Both the position numbers and the translations under genes were made by a program. Source: Phycisphaerales bacterium (GTDB lineage: Bacteria; Planctomycetota; Phycisphaerae; Tepidisphaerales; Tepidisphaeraceae). From it: a stretch of 64,000 bases of DNA. Every line of letters begins with the position of its first letter. Within the stretch, counting starts at the first letter, position 1. The notes beneath the pieces are model-generated. The model did no database searches. It saw only the letters and a list, made by a program, of their open reading frames with translations, and was not told the DNA's origin. This document shows positions 25,909 to 34,782 of the stretch, piece by piece. The stretch is from positions 136-64,135 of the forward strand of contig JANYKD010000125.1 of NCBI GenBank assembly GCA_025361735.1, in the 5' to 3' direction.

Positions 25909-28900
25909 CTACCGCTCCTTTGGCTGCTGAAAAAGCGGGGCATCGTCCATATCAAAGAGCGTTCCGGTTCTGCTATCAGGCCCGCCAGCCGGGGCACCGG
26001 GAGTTGCCGGCGTGACCCGGCCTTCGATTTCATCCAGCAGCCGCTGAAAACTCGCTTCGCCCAGCAGGTTGCGGGCATGCAGGTGGCACTCGCGCCTGCT
26101 CTCGTCGGCCGACTGCGCCAACTGCCAGTCGTAGAACCGCTCGCCAAAGCACGATCGCACTGGCTGATGCTCTCTGGCCTGTTCGGCATTTCCCAAACCG
26201 TAGTCGGCCAGACGCAGCGTTTCGGGGAGCATCCACCCTTCGCCGTCGTTCAGGCCGCAGAAGGCTTCAATCCCCTTGGATACATCGCCGTTGTTGTTGA
26301 TGATCTCTTGCTGGAGGTCGCGGACGGCTATCACCGCAAGTGTCGTCAGCCGTTGTTCGAGCGGTCTGTCGTCGTCAACTCGCCAAAAGCCTTTTGTGTT
26401 GTTGCGATCCGGTCGCGTCAACCACGACACGTCCTCAACGCTCAGGCCCCAGACCACGGCCACAAGAGCGTCAAGAATCACCCGCTGACGCATGCGTTCT
26501 GCAGCAGTCAGCGCCCAATGCCGCCGGCTGAATCCGCCAATGCGCATCCATGATGGCGATCTGCTTACATGAACCAAGTTCAGCTTGGCAGCACACTCCG
26601 CCAGCCGACGCAATGCCGATGAACAAACGGACGGCGAAGGCAACGGCAATTCGGCAACGATGAACCAGTTCATTGTAAGTCCACACAGCCGCATCCGCGT
26701 CACGTAATCCTCAGTCAACGAATTCGCGAACGCCGTGACCTGCATTTGGTGAAGCCCAGACCGGGCTGTGCTGAGGATGGGGACTTTGTTTCCGCAGGGC
26801 AGGTTTCCGACCATGGATGCGATAAAGGTTCGAGTATTCGTGGCGGCTGTCACGTCCATAAACCCAGTGCCCTCTCGCAGCGGTTGCACTCCGAACGCCA
26901 TTGCCACCGCCTGCCCCATCGCAAACTGCGGCTCGGAAGTCTTGGATGCAAACGGGATTTCCCGCCACACCGCCGACCGTCCCTTGCCACTCACCCACCC
27001 CTTCTCTGACAAATCGAACTGGCCGATCATCCGGCCTTCGTACAGCGGCAATGCGACCGCTGGCCCGACGATCTTCCGCTCCGTTGCGTTTCTGCCTCGC
27101 CCCTCTTTGATCGTCAACGGCCTGCCGGCTGCGTCGGTGAATTCGACGACCGGAATATGCTTCTCCCGGATGAAGTGCGTGGCTTCGCGCGAGAGAATAA
27201 CGCCAGCGGGGATATCCGCTCGGGGGATGGGGAGCTTGTCATACGGCGGCTGGGCACAACGGCGCTGACCTTCGGGGAGCGGCTTGACGCGCAACTCGGC
27301 GTAGAGCTTCTCGATCGGCTGCCAGTCACCCTTAATCCAGCGGCTGTATTCATCCGCCTGATAACCCCACTCCTCCCATTTCGGTCGCGGCGGGAAGAGC
27401 TTGGAGTCATTCGTCATGTCAAACTCGCGCGTGTACCGGACCCCCCAGCCGTCGGGGCTATCATCACCGAGCAGCACTGAGTTGGCGTAAATCTTCGTCA
27501 ACACTTCCAAGTCGCGCTGCGACTGGATCTCCAGTAATGCGAGGCTCTTGGGAGAGAATCGAGTGATTCGGTCGGCGGGATAGAGCGTGAAATGTGGTTC
27601 GGCCTCTTCCCAGTCGGCGAGTTGCCGGCGCATGAAGGCGGTGCGGATGGCTTCCGTTTTTCCGTGCTTCTGAATGATGACCGGGTTGAACTTGAACGAC
27701 CGATGGATATCGAAAATGGCTTCGTGGTTCTCAAAACCAAAGAGCCATTCCCACCGGCATTTCTCGGTGAAGAGCTGGCGGAGGGGGCGCGAGCCGCTGT
27801 CTGAATAGAGACCGGACGGAACGATCAAGCCCAACCGGCCGCCATCGCCAAGAATCGCGTGGGCCTGCTCCAGGAACATCTTGTACAGGTTGATGTCGCC
27901 TGAACCCTGGTGGCGGAAGGCGTGGTCCTGGTCGGCGTAGCCCGACGATTCCTCGCGAGCAGCTTTCCATGTGTCGTGCCGATGCTGGGAACCGGCAAAG
28001 CTGTCGCGGCTGCGCGGTTCGGCCAGGTTCAGGTCGTGGGATTTCTTGCCGTCTTTGTCCACGGTCACGCGATCGCCGTAGGGGAAGCCAGCACTGCTGA
28101 CCCAGTTGGACATGGCTTTGTAGAACGCCTGATACTCAATCCAGCGGCGTTCTGTCTGCTCGTCATTGCCAAAATAATCCTTCTGGCGGTTGATGGCCTC
28201 CTGTTTGCCGTAGCCGCGATAGAGCGGATCAATGGCCGAGAAGAACTCCTTGCTGTTGGGCTTGGCGATTTCCCAGGGCGGGTTGCCGTTGACGGCATTG
28301 AAGCCTGTGGATGAATGCCCAAAGACATCCGGGAATTCCAGTTCCCAGTGGAAGAAACGGCGTTCTTTGGCGACCTCCCGGACGACGGCCCACGTTTCCG
28401 CGCTGAGATTGCCCTTGGCAAACTGGCTCGGGACTGGCGCGGCATGCAGGTCGGTGGCGGGCCAGAACCAGAGGGCACACCAGAGGTCAAACGCATCCTG
28501 GAGCCGGCGAAACTCGGCGCTGGAGCGGAGCGCTTCGTACCGCTGCTGGCGTTGGTTGACTTCGGTGATGCCCAGTGAGTGAATCTCGCGCAGGGCGTTC
28601 TCGGCGGTGTCATGTCCGGTGCGCACGGTGGTCAGATCCACCGGATAGAACAGCGTGGCGCCGTCGATGTAGCTGACAAGATCGGCCTTGACCTGCTTTG
28701 CGAACGCGGCGATTGCCTTGGTTTGCTGCCCTTCCTCAACATGCACGCCGTTGGAGTGTTTCTCATCGCCGCCAACGCGCTGCCAGGCCATAACCGGGTA
28801 GTGCAGGAATTGATCGAACCATGCCCCAACCAGCGCGTTGCCCCACTTGATCTTGTGGGATAGGAACGTCATGGGCAGACTGCGATCGAGCGTTTCGATC

Positions 28901-31113
28901 CAGAGCGACAGGCGGCAGAGTTCAACGGCCAGCGGATCGAGATCGACGCCGTAGATGCAGCGTTCGACGACGTAGCGGCGCAGGATGGCTTTGACGCGGA
29001 CTTCAAAATCATCATCATCCGGCCGGCAGGGAAGCAACTCGCTGGCAAGCGATTCGCGGCCCGAGGCATCGCGGATCAGTTCCATGATGTCCCGGCCGTT
29101 GTGCTGGCGGAAGCGGCCGTGGACCACCATCGACTGGTAGAGGGCATCGGTGAGGAAACGCAGCGAGGCCAGCGGAAAAGAACCGGAGCCGCAGGCGAGG
29201 TCGCAGACTTTGAGAGCCAGGATGGCTTCGGGCGGTTTGACTTTCCACTGCCCAGGCGGGGCATCAATGTTGGGTTTGCCATCGGCGCCGGCCGGCGGGT
29301 CATAGGCCAGCGGGCGGAGGGTCCGCTGGACGGTAGGCACAGCGAGTTGACGCACGGTGTAGAACGTGCCCGCGCCCTTTCGCGTGCCGCCCCAGCGGGC
29401 GAGATACCATTCGCCCGGCAATACGGTCTTGGTGATGAGCTTGCGAGCGGCAGCGGCGACATCGGCTTCGTACCGCATCCGCTTTTCGGGAGTCATGGCG
29501 CCACGCGGCCGGGAAACGAGCTTGCCGATTTCGCAGGCCCGGCGTGCCCAGGCTTCAGCGCGCCCCTGGAGGCTGAGGCGGGAATCGGCGACCAACTCAG
29601 CCGCACTGTCAGCGGCGGTTTCATCCTCAGCTTCGGTGTCGGCATCGTCGGCAGATTCCGGCTCGGCCGAGGTTTCTTCCTCAGGTTCTTCAGCTTCGTC
29701 GTCGTCCCCGGTCTTGCTGAACTTCTCCAGAAGATTCTTGATGGCCGGTTCGTCCATGGCCTCAAGCGAAGCCAGGGGCAGCGATGGCTGATTGCCCAGG
29801 GCAAGGAAGACGATGGGCTCGTCAGGGCGGGCGCAGTGCAATTCAAAGTCGAGCAGGCCCGCGTAAAGGATGCCGATGTATTCGTTGTCGAGGTTGGAGA
29901 AATCGACCGGTGCCGGCACCAGCGTGGTGGATCGGCCCTGGCGAATACGAATGCGGGTGCGGGTGAGCAGGTCGAGAATGCGGCGGACCTCAAGGTCGCT
30001 GGTGAGGCTCTGGCCGAAACAGGCGGTTTCAAAGATGGCCAGGGTCCGGCCCATGGGGTCATCACTGGCGGCATTGCCAGGAGCGAAGAGCTCGCCGCCA
30101 TACGCGGGGACCGGCATGGCCTCATGGCCGCAGCCGCTGTAGATGAGCTTGAACAATGCCAGGACGCGGGGCCAGGCGCTGTAGGCTTCGGCCAGCCGAT
30201 GTGGGCTGATTCGCTCCAGCAATTCGCGCAGCCCGTGGAGGCTGTAGCCGCTGTAATAGGTCGGATTGTCGCGCGGCAGCAGCCCATCGCGGCTTTCGGC
30301 GAAAAGGACTACGACCATGCGCATGATCATTCGCACGGCAGCGCGATAGATGTCGGCTGGCGGGAGGTTCTGGCCGACAAAGGCGGCGGCGTGGGCCTGG
30401 ATGAGATGTTCGGCGGCCTGACGGACCCGTTCGCCGAGCACCTGCGACAGATCGGATTGTCCCTTTCGACTGTCGCGAATGGAGAGCAACAGCGGGCAAG
30501 GCTGGTCAACCTGCTCGCCGGTCCAGAGTGACGGGGCAAGCAGGCCCCGGAACCCGGAAAACTCGGCCGAGAACTCGCCTTCGGCGAACCACTGCTGAAG
30601 ATCCCACTCGACAAAGGCATCGAAATCGGAACCGGCGAAGACAATACGCCACTGCTGGCCGTTGGTGAGCACGGCCAGCGCCTGGCCGGTGGCGCGGAGC
30701 CACTGGAGCACATGCGAGTAGACACGCTTGCCGCGGCCGAGTCCGAGTCGTTTCTGATCGTCGATGAAGACGGGCATCAGACCGCCCGTGCTGGCGATCC
30801 AGAGATGGTCAGGCCGGATGGTCTCGCCGCCGAAACCCCGGCGGGTCCAGGAGGCATCAATCTTCGAGCCGCGGTGCCAGTGCCCCAGCGGCGGCGAGAA
30901 TCCGCAGCTCTTTTCCAGAACGAACGCGACGAAAGCCGTGCGTTTGCCGCCAAGGTCGCCAGTGAAGCTGGTGATTTCACGGCGTAACTGCTCAGCCTGA
31001 TAGCCGGGCAACGGCACGGGAAGCTCGGGAAGGAGCTTGGCCAGACGCGGCAGGTCCAGCAACATACCGCCGTGAAGAAGGTTGGCCCACCAGTGGTACG
31101 CTTCGCTGCTCAT
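25909..31113 (-). CDS. Large (1734 aa) N6-adenine-type DNA methyltransferase (DrmMI / PglX / type IIG-like)
   Basis: Motif I 'KVCDLACGSGSFPLAS', 'YGVDLDPLAVELCRLSLW' and motif IV 'NAVNGNPPWE'. An ATGA overlap joins it to the upstream SNF2 gene. An acidic linker (DDDEAEEPEEE...) precedes the MTase core. Confidence 0.85.
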   Translation of the reverse strand: MSSEAYHWWANLLHGGMLLDLPRLAKLLPELPVPLPGYQAEQLRREITSFTGDLGGKRTAFVAFVLEKSCGFSPPLGHWHRGSKIDASWTRRGFGGETIRPDHLWIASTGGLMPVFIDDQKRLGLGRGKRVYSHVLQWLRATGQALAVLTNGQQWRIVFAGSDFDAFVEWDLQQWFAEGEFSAEFSGFRGLLAPSLWTGEQVDQPCPLLLSIRDSRKGQSDLSQVLGERVRQAAEHLIQAHAAAFVGQNLPPADIYRAAVRMIMRMVVVLFAESRDGLLPRDNPTYYSGYSLHGLRELLERISPHRLAEAYSAWPRVLALFKLIYSGCGHEAMPVPAYGGELFAPGNAASDDPMGRTLAIFETACFGQSLTSDLEVRRILDLLTRTRIRIRQGRSTTLVPAPVDFSNLDNEYIGILYAGLLDFELHCARPDEPIVFLALGNQPSLPLASLEAMDEPAIKNLLEKFSKTGDDDEAEEPEEETSAEPESADDADTEAEDETAADSAAELVADSRLSLQGRAEAWARRACEIGKLVSRPRGAMTPEKRMRYEADVAAAARKLITKTVLPGEWYLARWGGTRKGAGTFYTVRQLAVPTVQRTLRPLAYDPPAGADGKPNIDAPPGQWKVKPPEAILALKVCDLACGSGSFPLASLRFLTDALYQSMVVHGRFRQHNGRDIMELIRDASGRESLASELLPCRPDDDDFEVRVKAILRRYVVERCIYGVDLDPLAVELCRLSLWIETLDRSLPMTFLSHKIKWGNALVGAWFDQFLHYPVMAWQRVGGDEKHSNGVHVEEGQQTKAIAAFAKQVKADLVSYIDGATLFYPVDLTTVRTGHDTAENALREIHSLGITEVNQRQQRYEALRSSAEFRRLQDAFDLWCALWFWPATDLHAAPVPSQFAKGNLSAETWAVVREVAKERRFFHWELEFPDVFGHSSTGFNAVNGNPPWEIAKPNSKEFFSAIDPLYRGYGKQEAINRQKDYFGNDEQTERRWIEYQAFYKAMSNWVSSAGFPYGDRVTVDKDGKKSHDLNLAEPRSRDSFAGSQHRHDTWKAAREESSGYADQDHAFRHQGSGDINLYKMFLEQAHAILGDGGRLGLIVPSGLYSDSGSRPLRQLFTEKCRWEWLFGFENHEAIFDIHRSFKFNPVIIQKHGKTEAIRTAFMRRQLADWEEAEPHFTLYPADRITRFSPKSLALLEIQSQRDLEVLTKIYANSVLLGDDSPDGWGVRYTREFDMTNDSKLFPPRPKWEEWGYQADEYSRWIKGDWQPIEKLYAELRVKPLPEGQRRCAQPPYDKLPIPRADIPAGVILSREATHFIREKHIPVVEFTDAAGRPLTIKEGRGRNATERKIVGPAVALPLYEGRMIGQFDLSEKGWVSGKGRSAVWREIPFASKTSEPQFAMGQAVAMAFGVQPLREGTGFMDVTAATNTRTFIASMVGNLPCGNKVPILSTARSGLHQMQVTAFANSLTEDYVTRMRLCGLTMNWFIVAELPLPSPSVCSSALRRLAECAAKLNLVHVSRSPSWMRIGGFSRRHWALTAAERMRQRVILDALVAVVWGLSVEDVSWLTRPDRNNTKGFWRVDDDRPLEQRLTTLAVIAVRDLQQEIINNNGDVSKGIEAFCGLNDGEGWMLPETLRLADYGLGNAEQAREHQPVRSCFGERFYDWQLAQSADESRRECHLHARNLLGEASFQRLLDEIEGRVTPATPGAPAGGPDSRTGTLFDMDDAPLFQQPKER

Positions 31114-34100
31114 CGGGCACCTCCGGCAGGGAAGCGGATTTCAATGGCCACGGGGAAGACCTGTGCCTCGCCGTAAAGGGCATAGCGACGGGGAAGGAGC
31201 ATTTTGATGATTCGCTCGCGTTCGCGGGTGAGCTGCTCGCGGACTTCTTCGTAATGCGCCCGCCGGCGGCCAAGTTCTTCCTGCCGCATGTCAATCGAGC
31301 GATCCAGGTCATCAAGATCGGACTGAGAGGAGAACAGCATGCCTTGCGAGCGTTCGGCCTTGAGTGCGGCAATCTCGCGTTCGATTTTGGCAAGCGTGTT
31401 CTCTGCGATCAGGGTCGATACCTCGCCCTGGCGGCTTTGATATCGCTCTTCCTCTTCCTTGCGGGCGATCTTACCGTCGGTTTGAAGCTGCTCGCGCAGG
31501 TCATCGGTCAGTCTCTTGCGGTGCGCATGGACGAGCGACTGTAGATCGGGCGTCAGATCATCGAGCAACTCGCGGGCCTTGTCCTGCATCGCTGGATCGT
31601 GGCAGGCAGCAGACCCACGCAAGAGCAGAGCTGCGACGTGCGGCAGGGGCTTGCCCAGTGCGCCGGCGGCAACTGGAACCTGGATAGTGCGAATCCAGTG
31701 GTGGAAGGTTTCGCGGAGTTCGTTCACCGCGAGTTCTTCCAGATGCACGATAAGTATCGCCTGGACACCGCGGGGAATGGAACCTTTCCGGATCGTCCAT
31801 CGCGACACGGCCATCGGGCCAGGGAACCGGAGCCGGGTGAGATTGCCGGTGGCCTTACGCATGATGGGGTGCGACAGGTGCAACATGAGCGTGTCGGCAC
31901 GCGGGCGGAAGACGCGCCGCAGCCCGACCTGAAAGAGGAAGGGCTCCGGGCTGAAGGTGAGCCGAGGGATTGGCCCAAGAGTGCCGCTCAGCGACTGGCG
32001 GCGGATGGTTTCATCCACCAGGTCTTTCCAGTTGGGCAGATCGGGGCGTTTCAACTCAAAACGGCCGTCGGCTTCGGGCGGAGTGAGTTGCGGCCGGCCG
32101 ACTCGCTCAGACAGAGCGGTGTCGAGCGTCGCGTGCTGTGCATCAGAATCCAGGTCGAGTTCGCCGGCGAGAGCTTTGAGGCCCTTGAGGGCTTCGTCTT
32201 CACCTGTGGTGGCTGCGGTGGTGACGCGCACGGTGTTATCGGCGGGGACGCCGACTGTCTTCTGAACCTTCTGCAAGCCCAAGTCCAGGCTTTGCTGAAC
32301 GACCTTCACATCCTCGCCTTCGATCAGCCGCCGGTGGGTGGCCTCATCGAACAGGTCGCCTGTGGCACCGAGGTCTTCGCGGATCTGGTCCACCTTGCCA
32401 ATCAGATACGACATGAACTGAAGGTCGGCGTGCTGTTCGCTCGCGAAATGGAAGGTCTGAACATCGCGGGCCTGGCCGTGGCGATCGAGTCGGCCGTTGC
32501 GCTGCTCCAGGCGAGATGGATTCCACGGGCAGTCGTAGTGCAGCAGGTGGCGTGCTGTACTCTGGAGGTTGAGGCCTTCGGAGGCGGCGTCGGTGGCCAG
32601 GAGAATGCGAACCTTGGCGGCGGGGTCGTTGAAATCCTGCTTGATCTGCTCGCGCTGAAGATCATCCATGCCGCCGAAGAGACAAAGGAACCGGTCGGCA
32701 TCGGCGTAGATATCCCGCAGCCGGCGTAGGAGATAGTCGAGCGTCGTCTTGTACTCGGTGAAAATGACCAGACGTTCGTCCTCGCGCCATTTGTCGCCGT
32801 CACGGATGAGCCACTCAATCAACCCACACAAGGCTTTGAATCGCGTATCGGCCTTGGGGTCTTGGGTGATGATGCCCTGTTCGAGTTTCACGCCCAATCC
32901 GGCCGCGGCTGAGTCAATGTCCTGAATCTCGCCGGCAATGTCGGTTGCGATGGCTTTCATCCACGAGCCAACGACGCCAGCGGCCGTGATTTCCCGTTGC
33001 TGAGTTTCGCGGTCATCGGCCGTTTCTTCGTTGACGGCCCGCTCAGCCGCGAGTACTTCGGCATCGGGCGCGGCTTCCTGCTCGGCCAACCCCTGCTTGC
33101 AGCGTCGCCACGACTCCAGGAACGTCATGGGACCGCTGAGCATGCGCTTGCCGAGAATCTCGATGGCAAACGTGCCCGCCAGGCGGCGCTGCTTGGATGA
33201 ACGGGCGACGACCGACCGGACCTTGGCCCGGAAGGCGTCATAGGCGTCGATCAGACGCACCTCAGCAGCGGACAGGTTCAGAACCAACGCCTGTGGCGGC
33301 TTGCGGGTGCAGAATCGCGGTGGCGACGTACGTTCGTTGATTTCGCGTTTGAGCCGGCGGATCACCACCTGCTTCACGCGCTCCTTCTCGGCAGGGCGCA
33401 ATTCGTCGGTCTGGCTGAACCGAACCGGATCGAGCATTTCGAGCAACCCGGTGAATGAGCGCGTGTGGCCGTTGTGGGGCGTGGCGGTGAGAAACAGGCG
33501 ATGCTCGAACAATGGGGCGATCTGGCGGAGCATCTGGCAAAGCTGGCTGTCTTCGCCGATGGGCGCGGGCATGAGGTTATGGATTTCGTCAACGATCAGC
33601 AGATCCCAGGGAAGGTGCGGGCTGCCTTCGGGGCTGCGGCTGGCACTCAGGAATTGTTCGAGCACGTCCGGCTGGCGGAGGTAGTGATATGACGCGATTG
33701 CACGAGATGAACAGCGCCAGGGGTTGGAATCAATGCCCAAGGTGCGCCGGAGCTTCAACGTCGAGTCACGGTCGATGATGTCAAACGGCATCGCGAACTT
33801 CGACCACATTTCATCCCGCCATTGCAGCCGCAATGAAGCGGGCGTGAGGATCAGAATGCGGTTCACCCGGCGGCGGATAAGCAGTTCACTGGCGATCAGG
33901 CCCGTCTCGACAGTCTTGCCCAAGCCAACATCATCGGCAATCAACAGACTGACCCGCGGCATGCGCAGGGCTTTGAGCAGCGGCACAAGCTGAAAATCAT
34001 CCACTTCAACGGCGCCATGAAAGGGAGCGGAGATGGGCAGGCGGCTGATGGGGCCTTCGCCGTCAGGATCGACAAATGGCCGAATGGCGCTCCATCGGGC

Positions 34101-34412
34101 AGCCCGGACCAGGGCGTCAAAATCGTCGGCCGGCATGGGGTTGTTCCGGGCGGACGGCAACTCGCCCGGCTGCAGGAGCTGCGGCGAAGGTTCAAGTTCC
34201 CAGATCACCTCATCAACTTCGGGACGGGCGTCGTCCTTGTACTCCAGCCGTACGAGGTTCTGCTGCATGCCGTCCTGGCTGCCGAAGGGGCGCACTTCGC
34301 TGATAATGGCCCGCCGATTGCGAACCACCGCCAGCATCCCCACGCGCGGGACAGACGCACCGGAAGCCGAACGTGTAGCTGTGGGCAAGTTGTCCGTCGC
34401 CTGTTTTCCCAT
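31110..34412 (-). CDS. SNF2-family helicase (DrmD-like)
   Basis: 'LIADDVGLGKT', 'LLIVDEIHNL', 'LFLTATPHNGH', 'LLATDAASEGLNLQ' and 'HYDCPWNPSRLEQRNGRLDRHGQ'. The start is uncertain. I prefer the ATG at 34412 (MGKQATD...). The GTG-initiated extension to 34799 has non-protein-like composition. Confidence 0.8.
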   Translation of the reverse strand: MGKQATDNLPTATRSASGASVPRVGMLAVVRNRRAIISEVRPFGSQDGMQQNLVRLEYKDDARPEVDEVIWELEPSPQLLQPGELPSARNNPMPADDFDALVRAARWSAIRPFVDPDGEGPISRLPISAPFHGAVEVDDFQLVPLLKALRMPRVSLLIADDVGLGKTVETGLIASELLIRRRVNRILILTPASLRLQWRDEMWSKFAMPFDIIDRDSTLKLRRTLGIDSNPWRCSSRAIASYHYLRQPDVLEQFLSASRSPEGSPHLPWDLLIVDEIHNLMPAPIGEDSQLCQMLRQIAPLFEHRLFLTATPHNGHTRSFTGLLEMLDPVRFSQTDELRPAEKERVKQVVIRRLKREINERTSPPRFCTRKPPQALVLNLSAAEVRLIDAYDAFRAKVRSVVARSSKQRRLAGTFAIEILGKRMLSGPMTFLESWRRCKQGLAEQEAAPDAEVLAAERAVNEETADDRETQQREITAAGVVGSWMKAIATDIAGEIQDIDSAAAGLGVKLEQGIITQDPKADTRFKALCGLIEWLIRDGDKWREDERLVIFTEYKTTLDYLLRRLRDIYADADRFLCLFGGMDDLQREQIKQDFNDPAAKVRILLATDAASEGLNLQSTARHLLHYDCPWNPSRLEQRNGRLDRHGQARDVQTFHFASEQHADLQFMSYLIGKVDQIREDLGATGDLFDEATHRRLIEGEDVKVVQQSLDLGLQKVQKTVGVPADNTVRVTTAATTGEDEALKGLKALAGELDLDSDAQHATLDTALSERVGRPQLTPPEADGRFELKRPDLPNWKDLVDETIRRQSLSGTLGPIPRLTFSPEPFLFQVGLRRVFRPRADTLMLHLSHPIMRKATGNLTRLRFPGPMAVSRWTIRKGSIPRGVQAILIVHLEELAVNELRETFHHWIRTIQVPVAAGALGKPLPHVAALLLRGSAACHDPAMQDKARELLDDLTPDLQSLVHAHRKRLTDDLREQLQTDGKIARKEEEERYQSRQGEVSTLIAENTLAKIEREIAALKAERSQGMLFSSQSDLDDLDRSIDMRQEELGRRRAHYEEVREQLTRERERIIKMLLPRRYALYGEAQVFPVAIEIRFPAGGAR

Positions 34413-34782
34413 GAGTTCCCACTTTCGATCGCATCCCGTGAGCAATTGCGGTATTCCATCTGTATTGCGACCGCAGCGACCCACGACAGGACAATCACCC
34501 AAAGTGTACCGTGTGCGGTCTAAGACGCCAGACAACGACCGGCTGCGGAAACAGGCAGCGACAACTGCAAATTGGCTAGTCCCCGTCGTTGGATACGAAA
34601 CCAGCCTTGACTGCATTCCTTGCGGATCTGCGCTCAATACCAACTTGTGGACGTACTGGTTCGACTGGTACTCCGCCACAATCGCTGATCGTCTCCGCCC
34701 ATATCCTTGCACAGTGCTGCCACCACCGCCAGCCTGCGGCTCATGCCCTGCTTGCAGTGGCCCACCGATCTCCGGAAGCGAC

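Noticed and set aside
29101-32729. Plus-strand ORFs of 476 aa (29101-30531) and 376 aa (31599-32729)
   Set aside because: They are antisense shadows of the methyltransferase and SNF2 genes. No motifs are present, and the opposite-strand genes are well supported.
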